Shown one piece after another: positions 17,820-27,177 of a stretch of 61,472 nt of DNA (position 1 is its first letter; every line of letters begins with the position of its first letter). Source of the DNA: a virus (taxonomy: Duplodnaviria > Caudoviricetes). Below the pieces are notes generated by a model. That model had not been told where the DNA came from and searched no databases. It saw only the letters and a program-made list of their open reading frames with translations. Where the stretch lies: positions 1-61,472 of the IMG/VR virus record IMGVR_UViG_3300031623_000938; one strand, written 5' to 3'. A program made the translations under genes and the position numbers.

Positions 17820-18125
17820 GTGACCAAAGGAATTGCTAACCTAATCCTAAAGCTTAAAAAAGAAGCTGTAGAGGAAGGATTCAATTTAAAATGGATCGAG
17901 ATAAAATCCGATAACATTGTGATATTAGCTAACGAAGGAAAGCATAAGGCATGTTTCCTTTCGAAGGGCGATATAAAAGGGGAAATAATCGGTTACGAAA
18001 TTAACGTTAAAAAATTCTTATGGGCAGAAGAAGAAGGCTTCACAGTGGAGTATATGGTAGAACAAATGGCTGAAGAAGTATTCCAGATCATTGATCTAGA
18101 CGAAATAATTGACCACCTTAAATAG
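17820..18125 (+). CDS. hypothetical protein
   Basis: 101-aa acidic ORF. Confidence 0.7.
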   Translation: MTKGIANLILKLKKEAVEEGFNLKWIEIKSDNIVILANEGKHKACFLSKGDIKGEIIGYEINVKKFLWAEEEGFTVEYMVEQMAEEVFQIIDLDEIIDHLK

Positions 18126-18151
18126 TTTGTGTCTCTAGCTGCTTTTGAATC

Positions 18152-18157
18152 GTGTAA
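18152..18157 (+). promoter_or_regulatory. GTGTAA putative phage promoter element
   Basis: 11 nt before ATG 18169. Confidence 0.5.
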
Positions 18158-18168
18158 TCTAACTTAGA

Positions 18169-18456
18169 ATGGACTACCAGATACTTGTAAATATTTCTGT
18201 AGGAATCGTCACCCTAATGGGCGGATGGGTTTTCAAAATGATTTTAGGTCACATCAATGAGATCAAATCAGACCATAACGACCTGATAGCTAAACACCAT
18301 GCAGACATGGAAAAAATGACAACCAAATATATCGATTTAGCCCTTCAACTTCCGAAAGAATACGTTAGTAAGGAAGATTTCAAACAGTTCACAGAGCGTA
18401 TGAACGACAGATTTGATCGTCTTGATGAAAAAATAGATGACCTAGCTAAGAAATAG
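18169..18456 (+). CDS. single-TM coiled-coil protein (holin-like)
   Basis: N-terminal TM, C-terminal YVSKEDFKQFTERMNDRFDRLDEKID coiled coil. Confidence 0.6.
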   Translation: MDYQILVNISVGIVTLMGGWVFKMILGHINEIKSDHNDLIAKHHADMEKMTTKYIDLALQLPKEYVSKEDFKQFTERMNDRFDRLDEKIDDLAKK

Positions 18457-18469
18457 CTATAAAAAAAAC

Positions 18470-18498
18470 TTGACGATTTTTTAACTCCCCTGTATATT
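18470..18498 (+). promoter_or_regulatory. sigma70 promoter with upstream A-tract
   Basis: A8 tract, then TTGACG-17-TATATT. Confidence 0.75.
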
Positions 18499-18545
18499 CC
18501 TATCTGAACCCCTTGGTTAAACCCAACAGAAAAGGAATACATATA

Positions 18546-18983
18546 ATGATAGCTAAATTAAGCGAGATAGATCATAAGGTACTTGCTGAAGCCTCTACAT
18601 TGCTTAGTAAAAAAGCAGAGATTCAGCAGCAAATAGAACAAAAACGGGCAGAATTCGAACAAAGCCTCAAACCACTAGAGAAAACCGTAGAAGAAATTGA
18701 TGAAAGGATTGACTCTCTGGAAATGAGTCTAACACCTAAAAGAAACGGTAGCATTCCAGCACGAGTGGGTAAGAAAAAAGGCACTCCCCGTGGAGCAACA
18801 AAGGCCAAGGTAGTCGAATACCTCAAAGTCAACCCATCAGGGGTTACTCAAGCCGATATAGCCAAAAAAACTGGAGTTGCACCAGCTTACGTAAACTATC
18901 TATTAGCCGACAAGAAAGTCTTCACAAAGAAGGCAGGAAGAGGCGGGATGGTTAAACTAAAGGCTTCCAAACTTACAAATTAG
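18546..18983 (+). CDS. coiled-coil + winged-HTH DNA-binding protein
   Basis: N-terminal coiled coil, basic linker, GVTQADIAKKTGVAPAYVNYLL HTH; AAGGA SD before ATG 18546. Confidence 0.8.
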   Translation: MIAKLSEIDHKVLAEASTLLSKKAEIQQQIEQKRAEFEQSLKPLEKTVEEIDERIDSLEMSLTPKRNGSIPARVGKKKGTPRGATKAKVVEYLKVNPSGVTQADIAKKTGVAPAYVNYLLADKKVFTKKAGRGGMVKLKASKLTN

Positions 18984-19020
18984 AATGGCCTAAAAACAAC
19001 AAAGAATAAAATATACACTT

Positions 19021-19048
19021 AGGCGAGGGAAACCTCGCCTTTTTTTTT
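19021..19048 (+). terminator. rho-independent terminator
   Basis: AGGCGAGG-GAAA-CCTCGCCT followed by T8. Confidence 0.9.
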
Positions 19049-19049
19049 G

Positions 19050-19379
19050 TTAAAATATCTTTCTCATGCTCTTCATTTGACCCAGTAAAAGGGGGGTGTT
19101 TTCGCACCTAATATACTCCGCTTTGATAGTCATGGGGTAATCTAGCCTAGTATCTATTCTAACGCCTTCCTCACGCCATTCTGGGACAATAATGTCATCT
19201 ATGAAATCAAACCAACCACGCTTTTTAAGAAATTTCCAATATCTGTCCACCGTGTCCTTTTCTGCTTCAAGCACAACTGAGTAGTCCAAGTCCTTCTTGG
19301 CTACCATCGTAAGGAATCTGAAGTAAAGTCCTTCAGAAGGTGGGTCGGAGCTTAATTCTGATACGATAATCAAATTCAC
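19050..19379 (-). CDS. hypothetical protein
   Basis: 109-aa ORF with GTGTAA element 12 nt upstream (19392-19397, minus). Confidence 0.7.
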   Translation of the reverse strand: MNLIIVSELSSDPPSEGLYFRFLTMVAKKDLDYSVVLEAEKDTVDRYWKFLKKRGWFDFIDDIIVPEWREEGVRIDTRLDYPMTIKAEYIRCENTPLLLGQMKSMRKIF

Positions 19380-19439
19380 ATCAATATTATATTACACTTT
19401 AGCTAGTCTAATCTCAACATTTAGAGTACCATAATCGCG

Positions 19440-20405
19440 ATGAGGATTTTATGGCCTGACATTCACATGACGCTTACGAAGTCAATGGCAATGGCCTTTG
19501 ATGCCTTAGGCCACGAGATGCTAATCCCGTCTTCGGATTACAAGATCACTCATTGGCCAAACCCACCAGTGAACCAATTCGTATGGAACACAGAGTGGAC
19601 AGACGAAATGGTCAAAAAAGAAATTAAGACTGACAATGTTAGGGTGGTCTCCAAGGAGGAGATACTTGATATAAAGCCAGACGTTGTTTTTGTTACTGGT
19701 TATGAAAATCAATTTGAGGTACTAAGGGAGCTTTGGCCCTTCCTGTCTGGGACAAGCAAGTTAGCTTTCTACAGTGGTAACGACTACTGGGAGGATGCTT
19801 ATCCTTGGTATATGATTGAAAATTATCTATGTGCCGATCAACTTGCCGTGGGTTTGTGTCAAAAATATGAAAAACGTTTTCTGAATTACAGACCTTGGAT
19901 AGATTACGATCAATTCAAGTTCAAAGAGAATACAGATGGGAATATTTTAGGTTCATACATTTCGGAATACGACAAAACTTTTCCTAAAGAATACGAGTTC
20001 GTCAAAAATCTTCAGTCAGAGTGTGGCTACCTTGATTTTAGAATTAATAGTCACTCCACCAAAGAAGAAACCGCGAAGTGTATGGAAGAGAGCGTTGGGA
20101 CTATTCACGTTAAAGGATTAGAGGGCTACGGTTTTGCAATAATTGAGAGCATGGCATGTGGGAGGCCAGTTTTTCTTCACAGGGAATTAGCAGAAGGAAA
20201 GTCTTACATGAATTGGGCTGTAGAAAACAATACTGCTCTATTCTTTGGGAACGCTCTTGAATTTATGGCCAAGTCCAAGGCGTTAGTAGAATGCAAAGAG
20301 TATCGACACTTCGTTCAGAAGTCCTGCTCTATAACTATAAGGAAGCTGGTTAACAACGAACAACAGACAGAGCTTCTTGGCATTTTCTTGGATGAATTAT
20401 TATGA
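19440..20405 (+). CDS. glycosyltransferase (GT4-like)
   Basis: EGYGFAIIESMACGRPV. Confidence 0.85.
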   Translation: MRILWPDIHMTLTKSMAMAFDALGHEMLIPSSDYKITHWPNPPVNQFVWNTEWTDEMVKKEIKTDNVRVVSKEEILDIKPDVVFVTGYENQFEVLRELWPFLSGTSKLAFYSGNDYWEDAYPWYMIENYLCADQLAVGLCQKYEKRFLNYRPWIDYDQFKFKENTDGNILGSYISEYDKTFPKEYEFVKNLQSECGYLDFRINSHSTKEETAKCMEESVGTIHVKGLEGYGFAIIESMACGRPVFLHRELAEGKSYMNWAVENNTALFFGNALEFMAKSKALVECKEYRHFVQKSCSITIRKLVNNEQQTELLGIFLDELL

Positions 20406-21277
20406 GGGAAGTATACGACTGCTTTATGTTCTACAATGAAGTTGAGATACTTCAACTAAGGATAAGAGAACTCTACGATTCTGTTGACTACTTCGTGATA
20501 GTCGAGGCAAAAAATAAGCATCAAGATGGAGAGGAAAGGGAGACCGTCTTCGATAAGATAGATAAAAGAAAACTATCAAGATACAAAGACAAGATAAAAT
20601 ACTTTCAGGTTGGTCTAGAGAAGACGACCCCATTTGACAGGGAGAACGAACACAGAAACAAAACGTATACGTGTGTCAGAGGGCTGGAGCCAGATGACGA
20701 TGATATCATTCTGGTATCAGACCTAGATGAAATGCCAAACAAAGAGAAGTTTGATCACGCTTTCAGAATACTGGATACCGGAGAGCCCGTTGTTTACTTT
20801 AACCAGATGTACTTTGTTTATTTTTACAATTGCTACTCTGGAAAGAACGTAACAGGCACTGCTGCCACAACATTCAATACCTTAAGGCAAATACAATCAC
20901 AAAATGGTTTTGGCCCTCAGACTCTACGCAACAATAAGGATTTCAGGGTTCATGTAGATAACGGAGGATGGCACTTTTCTTACATGGGTGGAGCGAATAA
21001 TATAAGACTTAAATCAGAATCTATCTTCGACGGAATACCAGCTTCAGAAGAGTTTTTTCAAGAACAGATAGAAGAGGCTATCAGAATCAAAAAAAGCCCA
21101 TACTCCAACCAAGACTTGGTTTTCTTAGACCCAGCTATCAAGGATAAGCAAATTCAATCAGTAGATTTACGCGCTGGTCAGTATTACGTGAACTCAAATT
21201 TCACTACTTTACTACCGTCCGAAATAACAAAGAATAACAAGAGATATGAAAAGTACTTCCACAGGGAATCCGTTTGA
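20402..21277 (+). CDS. GT17 family glycosyltransferase (GlcNAc transferase-like)
   Basis: VYDCFMFYNEVEILQLR..EL..VDYFVIVEA, SDLDE, GGWHFSY. Confidence 0.9.
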   Translation: MREVYDCFMFYNEVEILQLRIRELYDSVDYFVIVEAKNKHQDGEERETVFDKIDKRKLSRYKDKIKYFQVGLEKTTPFDRENEHRNKTYTCVRGLEPDDDDIILVSDLDEMPNKEKFDHAFRILDTGEPVVYFNQMYFVYFYNCYSGKNVTGTAATTFNTLRQIQSQNGFGPQTLRNNKDFRVHVDNGGWHFSYMGGANNIRLKSESIFDGIPASEEFFQEQIEEAIRIKKSPYSNQDLVFLDPAIKDKQIQSVDLRAGQYYVNSNFTTLLPSEITKNNKRYEKYFHRESV

Positions 21278-21992
21278 TTTTTTCGATAGAATATTTTGCG
21301 TAAACCTAGACTCTAGGCCAGATAGGTGGTTTGAGAGCCTAGTCGAATTCGAAAAGGTTGGGCTAAAGGATAAAGTCGAAAGACTCTCAGGGGTTGAGCT
21401 AGACACTAATCACGCCATGAAAGGCAGAGCAGGGGTAACTTCGTCTTTTAGGAAAATCTGGCAGGAAGTTGAGTATGAGAACGAAAGGCTATCTGTCGCT
21501 ACGATGCACGATCTTAAATCCGAGAACGTTCTCATTTTTGAAGACGATGTTGTGTTCACGAAGGACGCCGTTGACATTCTATCTAAATCGGTCTCTGACT
21601 TATCGACTGTAGATTGGGACATGTTTTATCTGGGCGTTAGCGTAGACGCTGGAAGGAGTCATGAAAGTCCCCCATTCGAAAGGATCACCGACTCCCTCTT
21701 GAAGTGCAGGAATTGCCAATGCCTACATGCTGTGGCATATAACGTAAAAATACTTCCCCACCTTTTAAAGATGGTTCCAGATAAAAATTTTATTTTAAAT
21801 TGGCTGGCTCATAACAAGAGTATTGATTGGTGGATAATGGAGAACATTCAGGAAGAGTATAATGTTTTCTGCACTGACCCGATGATAGCCACTCAAAGAC
21901 CAAGTTTCTCGAATATAGACAACAATCAAGCTGATTGGGGTCAAAATCTGATAGATACATTTAATAAGTTTGTTCCCCTGAAAAATGAGTAA
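21246..21992 (+). CDS. GT25 family glycosyltransferase
   Basis: CVNLDSRPDRW, LIFEDDV, WDMFYLG. Confidence 0.88.
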   Translation: MKSTSTGNPFDFFDRIFCVNLDSRPDRWFESLVEFEKVGLKDKVERLSGVELDTNHAMKGRAGVTSSFRKIWQEVEYENERLSVATMHDLKSENVLIFEDDVVFTKDAVDILSKSVSDLSTVDWDMFYLGVSVDAGRSHESPPFERITDSLLKCRNCQCLHAVAYNVKILPHLLKMVPDKNFILNWLAHNKSIDWWIMENIQEEYNVFCTDPMIATQRPSFSNIDNNQADWGQNLIDTFNKFVPLKNE

Positions 21993-22671
21993 CCCATTCG
22001 ACTTCTTTTCTGGGATATATTGCGTAAACCTCGACTCAAGACCAGACCGATGGCATGACTCTAAGAGGGAATTCAATCGGTTAGGCTTTAGGCCAAAAAT
22101 CATTAGGTTTCCGGGTCTTGTCTTCTCTGGGGATGGCCCAATGTCTGGGAGAGCAGGATGTTTTTCCTCGTTTAGGTCAATTATTCAAAAGGCCAAGGAT
22201 GAGGGCTTGGAAAATGTTCTTATACTAGAGGATGATGTGCTATTTGTGGGAGATACTCTGAATGTCCTTAAGTCTTCCCTTGATGAATTGTCAAGAAAAG
22301 ATTGGAAAATGTTCTATCTAGGCATGGCTATAACAGACGAGTTCTCAAGTGCTCCGCTCTCTTTCGCGGGAGATAACTTGTTGAGGATGCAAGGGGGGCT
22401 TTGTCACCACGCAACTGCTTACCACCATTCTATATATGATAAAGTGCTTGAAGGAGTTCCAAATACCGATAGAATTACCGAGTGGCTTATTCATAACGAA
22501 AGCATGGAGAGGTGGCTCGCTGAAAATATACAACTCAAACATGAGGTGTATTGCACCAATCCAATAATAGCCACACAGAGACCTAGTTGGTCTGACATAG
22601 ACGGAAAGCATTCTGATTTTGGCAGAAAGCTAATTCAGAAATTTAACCTATTTGTTAACAACATAAAATGA
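21985..22671 (+). CDS. GT25 family glycosyltransferase (tandem paralogue)
   Basis: CVNLDSRPDRW, GCFSS, LILEDDV, WKMFYLG. Confidence 0.88.
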   Translation: MSNPFDFFSGIYCVNLDSRPDRWHDSKREFNRLGFRPKIIRFPGLVFSGDGPMSGRAGCFSSFRSIIQKAKDEGLENVLILEDDVLFVGDTLNVLKSSLDELSRKDWKMFYLGMAITDEFSSAPLSFAGDNLLRMQGGLCHHATAYHHSIYDKVLEGVPNTDRITEWLIHNESMERWLAENIQLKHEVYCTNPIIATQRPSWSDIDGKHSDFGRKLIQKFNLFVNNIK

Positions 22672-23000
22672 AAAAATTCGTTATTGAACTAGAGGAAAAA
22701 GAACTGACCGTTAATCAAGGTAACGGGATGGTTACCGAGATGGACTGCGTTCTAAAGATTTGGCAAGACTTAAGGAAATTGAATTCTGCTGAAGTAGAAG
22801 ACAGTCTTATAGAAAAAGTGCTAGAGCAAGTCTTAAGGAGTGAGTACGGCGATGACATTCCCAAGGGGTATGTCGGTGAAAAAATTACAATGACCGACAC
22901 TAATGTGGAGGCCCTTAGGCAGAGAGCAGCAGCAGAGGTTAAATCCATGCAGGAAGAACAAGACTCCCAAAAAAGAGCAGATGGCTCAATAGAAGTCTGA
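22668..23000 (+). CDS. hypothetical protein
   Basis: 110-aa acidic ORF coupled within operon. Confidence 0.65.
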   Translation: MKKFVIELEEKELTVNQGNGMVTEMDCVLKIWQDLRKLNSAEVEDSLIEKVLEQVLRSEYGDDIPKGYVGEKITMTDTNVEALRQRAAAEVKSMQEEQDSQKRADGSIEV

Positions 23001-23879
23001 ATGATTACGAACTCTAAGATTGGGCACTATGGACGGCTAGGGAACCAAATGTTCCAATATAGCCTTCTGTACTCCGTAGGCAAAAAGAATAACTACGAGG
23101 TGGTACTTCCTATCGATAACCAAAAGATGGTGGACGGTAGGTACAACCCTGTCATTAATTCTAATGATAGGTATGGTCTGGATTTATTTAAGTGCTTCGA
23201 CGTTAACGCGCTTTGTAAAAGTAACTCGGAAATACAAGACGAGATAAAGCACAATTACAAAGAGGAGTACGCTGGATATAATCCCAATGTATTTGACGTT
23301 GAAGACGGCACTGATTTCGAGGGGTATTTCCAATACTGGAAATTCTTCGAAGATTACTTTGAGGATATTAAAAAAGAATTTGAGTTCAGCGATGAAGTCA
23401 AATCTAAGGGCGTGGAGCTAATTGATTCAACTGGAATAGACCAGTTGAAAGCAACAGTATCTGTTCACGTTCGTCGCGGAGATGGACTAATGGATGATGG
23501 TCAATTCCAAGTTTTTCTTGGCGCGGAGTATTACTATGTAGGGCTTAAGATTCTCGAATCTCAAGGAGTGAAGAATCCTCAAGTTGTTGTTTTCTCTGAC
23601 GATATTAAATGGTGCAAGGAAAATCTACATTTCAAAGACATGGTTTTTGTTGACTCGTCTTCCGTGGACGATGGTCTTATGTGTCCACACTATATCGACC
23701 TTTTCCTCATGACGCTGTGCCAGCATAACATAATGGCAAATAGCACATATAGCTGGTGGGGTTCTTTCTTGAATAAAAACGTAGGGTCTAAGGTTATCGT
23801 ACCTAAGGAATGGTGGGGATGGAGAAATAAGTCCAGCAGCGAAAAGTACATTAGGCTTAGTCATTGGATGTCAATATGA
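23001..23879 (+). CDS. GT11 alpha-1,2-fucosyltransferase-like
   Basis: GRLGNQMFQY, GYFQ, VHVRRGD, FSDDIKWC, ANSTYSWWG. Confidence 0.93.
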   Translation: MITNSKIGHYGRLGNQMFQYSLLYSVGKKNNYEVVLPIDNQKMVDGRYNPVINSNDRYGLDLFKCFDVNALCKSNSEIQDEIKHNYKEEYAGYNPNVFDVEDGTDFEGYFQYWKFFEDYFEDIKKEFEFSDEVKSKGVELIDSTGIDQLKATVSVHVRRGDGLMDDGQFQVFLGAEYYYVGLKILESQGVKNPQVVVFSDDIKWCKENLHFKDMVFVDSSSVDDGLMCPHYIDLFLMTLCQHNIMANSTYSWWGSFLNKNVGSKVIVPKEWWGWRNKSSSEKYIRLSHWMSI

Positions 23880-25144
23880 AAGACCTTTTCGAAAGAAATA
23901 GATTCAGATGCAATTGGAACGTTTACCCAAGAGGGGTACTCCATTTAGGTGATAAAACAGAATCCGACGAAACGACCTACAAGAACCACTGGGCAAGGAA
24001 GATTAATTGGGTAAGTACCGAAGTCATTAATGAGGTAACTGAGTGGAGAGAAGATGATGACTACCAGTACAACCTTATCTGCTTCAGGAATCTAGAGATG
24101 AACGCAGCATACGCGAAGAGACTATCTTCAATGCTGGATACTGTAGAATTTTTTGTGGTAATCTCGGATAGACTTGAAGACTCGGACTACGAGACTCTTT
24201 GCAGCTTTTTAGAAAAGAAAAACTACAGAAAGCTTTGTGAGAACAGAGAAGATGAGGAAGGCTCTGTTCTACTTTTCACAAGAAGAGTAACGCCCGAATA
24301 CAAAGTTAACATTTTTGATAACATATTTGCCCATTCTCGTGCTTCTAGCGGGAATTACCCAACGCATTTTGAGTGGGTAAGGGATGAGATGGAGTGGGAT
24401 GGGGTGACCTTGTTCACTGATGTCCATATGTTAACTCGCCCTAACTTACCTCTAGAGGTGAAGTCTAAGCTCAAAGTCGGTTGGTTGCTGGAGTCGAAGG
24501 CTGTCATTAGGTATGACGCTAATTACATTTGGCAGATGAGGTCTTTATACGATTATATTTTTACCCACGATAGGGTTCTTATCGATGCTGATCCTGATAA
24601 ATTTTTATTTGTCACCCCCGGTTCCCAACGCTGCATACACCCGAAAGACTGCAAAGTCTATAGCAAGGAAAAGCTCGTCTCTATTGCTGTTTCTCTCAAG
24701 AAGGACACGGACGGCCATAGCCTTAGACACGCTATCGTTTCACAACTAGGCGACAAAATAACGGACGTATGGGGACATGCGTACAACGAATTTATACCAA
24801 GGCTTGTCCCGTATAAAGACTACATGTTTATAATCGTAGTTGAGAACCACAAGTATGACCATTACTGGTCAGAAAAACTCTTAGAGCCGTTTTGGACAGG
24901 CACTGTTCCTATCTATAAGGGCTGCGCTTCTTTCCCTGATTGGTTTGACCCCAATGGAGTCATTACTTTCGATACGATAGAAGAATTAAGTGACATCTTA
25001 GAAAATTTAAGCAGCGAACTGTACTACAGTAAGATGGAAAGCATTCAGGAAAATTACAGGAGAAGCTTGAAGTATTTAGGAGGAGCAGAGGATTTTATGT
25101 TCGAAACTTACCCAAACATATTTAGCAAGGAAAACACACCATAA
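23876..25144 (+). CDS. GT10 fucosyltransferase-like protein with extra N-terminal domain
   Basis: YMFIIVVEN..DHYWSEKL....GTVPIYKG motif; ATG 23876 overlaps the upstream TGA. Confidence 0.8.
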   Translation: MKDLFERNRFRCNWNVYPRGVLHLGDKTESDETTYKNHWARKINWVSTEVINEVTEWREDDDYQYNLICFRNLEMNAAYAKRLSSMLDTVEFFVVISDRLEDSDYETLCSFLEKKNYRKLCENREDEEGSVLLFTRRVTPEYKVNIFDNIFAHSRASSGNYPTHFEWVRDEMEWDGVTLFTDVHMLTRPNLPLEVKSKLKVGWLLESKAVIRYDANYIWQMRSLYDYIFTHDRVLIDADPDKFLFVTPGSQRCIHPKDCKVYSKEKLVSIAVSLKKDTDGHSLRHAIVSQLGDKITDVWGHAYNEFIPRLVPYKDYMFIIVVENHKYDHYWSEKLLEPFWTGTVPIYKGCASFPDWFDPNGVITFDTIEELSDILENLSSELYYSKMESIQENYRRSLKYLGGAEDFMFETYPNIFSKENTP

Positions 25145-26724
25145 TGCAAGTAGCCGGAATATACTCTAGTCATGATTGTTCCTTCGCCGTTCTAGACGAA
25201 GGAAAAGTAATCGCTCACCTCGAACTAGAGAGGTTTGCGAGGGTAAAAGAGCCTACGGAGGATGGCTTTAAGTTCTACGAGAACTATTGGATGGGTCCAA
25301 AGACGATCAACCACTTTACTGAAGTATGTGACACTTGGAAACAGCACTACGCAGAGAACAGAAAAAATATGTTCAAAATATGTGAAGAGGGAGGAGGCTA
25401 CCACGAAGCTGGGCATCATCAAGCCCACGCAGCCAACGCCTTTTTCTCAAGTAACTTTGACGACGCATTAATTATAACCATTGATGGCGGAGGGATGGAC
25501 AGGAGAGACGACGGTTCCGAAATGATAACAGCCTTTACTGTGTGGGAGGGTAAGGGGAACAAAATAGAGAAAGTTGAGATACTAGAAGAACGAATGTCTA
25601 ACGTGGGTTTCACTTGGACTAATGCTACTAAATATATTTTTGGCCTATCTACTGGATACCCGAAAGGTGCTCAAATGGGAACGGTAATGGCTATGGCTGC
25701 ATTCGGTGACCCTAAATATTTAGATAGGTTTGTTGAGATTGTAAGCAACACGGAGTTGGGTGTTAAGAATCCAAGTTGCATGGTTCCATTTGCTCACATC
25801 GTTGGAGAGTCAGAGCAAGGAAAATTTGACGTTGCTGCCTCGCTACAGTTGGCGACTGAAGTGGTGATGAAAGAATTAATAGGTAAATACGTGAGCAAAA
25901 CGAGCAGCAGAAACCTTTGCCTATCTGGCGGGGTTGTCTTGAATTCCTCAATGACAGGCAAGATGTTTGATTGGTACAAAGGGAAAATTGACAACATATA
26001 TGTTTGCCCTGTCCCTTATGACTCTGGATTGGCAATTGGTTCAGCCCAGTACTACTGGCATCATGTGCTAGGGAACGAGAGAGTGAAGTGGTCAGACAAC
26101 GCTTCTCCTTACTTGGGCTACGTTTATCAAGAGAATGTAATAATCAACGAACTCCTCAAATTTCAAGACGAGGTTCAATGGGAAAAATCTTCCGACGATG
26201 ATGTGCTAGATAAACTAGCAAACCAAAATATCATCTCGGTTTATGGTGGAGGGTCCGAATCCGGTAGGAGGGCCTTGGGTAACAGAAGTATTCTTGCTGA
26301 CCCAAGGTCTCCCGACATGAAGGCTTTAATCAATGAAAAGGTGAAACACCGTCAATGGTTTAGGCCATTCGCTCCGAGCATACTTAGGGAAGATGTGGGG
26401 GATTGGTTCGAAAAGGATATAGATAGTCCGTACATGTCTTTTTGTGTGAAATTCAAAGAGGAAATGAAGGAGAAAGTTCCTGCTGTCCTCCACGAAGACG
26501 GGACAGCAAGACTACAGACCGTCACAGAAAATGACAACAGATGGTACTACAATTTCATAAAGAAATGGAAAAAGAAAAGTGGCGTACCTATTGTTCTCAA
26601 CACAAGCTTCAATGATACCGAGCCAATAGTTGAAGTTCCTGAACACGCTATTAAGTGTTTTCTGAAAACGAATATAGATTACTTATATTTCTTTGACTAC
26701 AACCTCCTTGTTAGGAAAAAGTGA
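25144..26724 (+). CDS. carbamoyltransferase (NodU/CmcH/TobZ family)
   Basis: SHDCS, ELERF.RVK, HHQAHAA, DGGG, GGVVLN, RALGNRSILADP, RPFAP, NTSFN. Confidence 0.95.
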   Translation: MQVAGIYSSHDCSFAVLDEGKVIAHLELERFARVKEPTEDGFKFYENYWMGPKTINHFTEVCDTWKQHYAENRKNMFKICEEGGGYHEAGHHQAHAANAFFSSNFDDALIITIDGGGMDRRDDGSEMITAFTVWEGKGNKIEKVEILEERMSNVGFTWTNATKYIFGLSTGYPKGAQMGTVMAMAAFGDPKYLDRFVEIVSNTELGVKNPSCMVPFAHIVGESEQGKFDVAASLQLATEVVMKELIGKYVSKTSSRNLCLSGGVVLNSSMTGKMFDWYKGKIDNIYVCPVPYDSGLAIGSAQYYWHHVLGNERVKWSDNASPYLGYVYQENVIINELLKFQDEVQWEKSSDDDVLDKLANQNIISVYGGGSESGRRALGNRSILADPRSPDMKALINEKVKHRQWFRPFAPSILREDVGDWFEKDIDSPYMSFCVKFKEEMKEKVPAVLHEDGTARLQTVTENDNRWYYNFIKKWKKKSGVPIVLNTSFNDTEPIVEVPEHAIKCFLKTNIDYLYFFDYNLLVRKK

Positions 26725-26841
26725 TTGGCTAGGAAAAGCAAATTAACAAAGCCTCCACAATGGTGGAAGCATTTGAGAAAATACTGGAAGCGAGTATTTT
26801 GGAAGAAGGAGCGCAAAAATGCCAAAAAAGAAACAGATTAA
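26725..26841 (+). CDS. small basic Trp-rich peptide, 38 aa (not in ORF track)
   Basis: TTG start directly after upstream stop: MARKSKLTKPPQWWKHLRKYWKRVFWKKERKNAKKETD*. Confidence 0.6.
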   Translation: MARKSKLTKPPQWWKHLRKYWKRVFWKKERKNAKKETD

Positions 26842-26847
26842 ATTAAA

Positions 26848-27177
26848 ATGATTTATGTGTTCGACTTAGATGGAACCCTTTGTGACACGAAGAAAAACGA
26901 AGAAGGGTACTGGGATTATATGGGGGCTGAACCATATAGGAACAGAATAGAAATGGTGAACAATCTCCACGATGAGGGGCACACCGTGATAATCGACACC
27001 GCGAGAGGCTGCTCTTCAGGGACAGACCATTGGCACGACAAAACCTACCACCAACTTCAAGGGTGGGGAGTGAGGTTCGACAAATTAAGAGTCGGAGTGA
27101 AACTTTGCGCTGACTATTTTATAGACGATAAAGGAGTAAATTCGGAGCAGTGGTTTAAGGATGTCCGTAGTCTCTAG
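26848..27177 (+). CDS. HAD-superfamily phosphatase (capsule biosynthesis type)
   Basis: FDLDGTLC, TARG, FIDDK. Confidence 0.85.
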   Translation: MIYVFDLDGTLCDTKKNEEGYWDYMGAEPYRNRIEMVNNLHDEGHTVIIDTARGCSSGTDHWHDKTYHQLQGWGVRFDKLRVGVKLCADYFIDDKGVNSEQWFKDVRSL

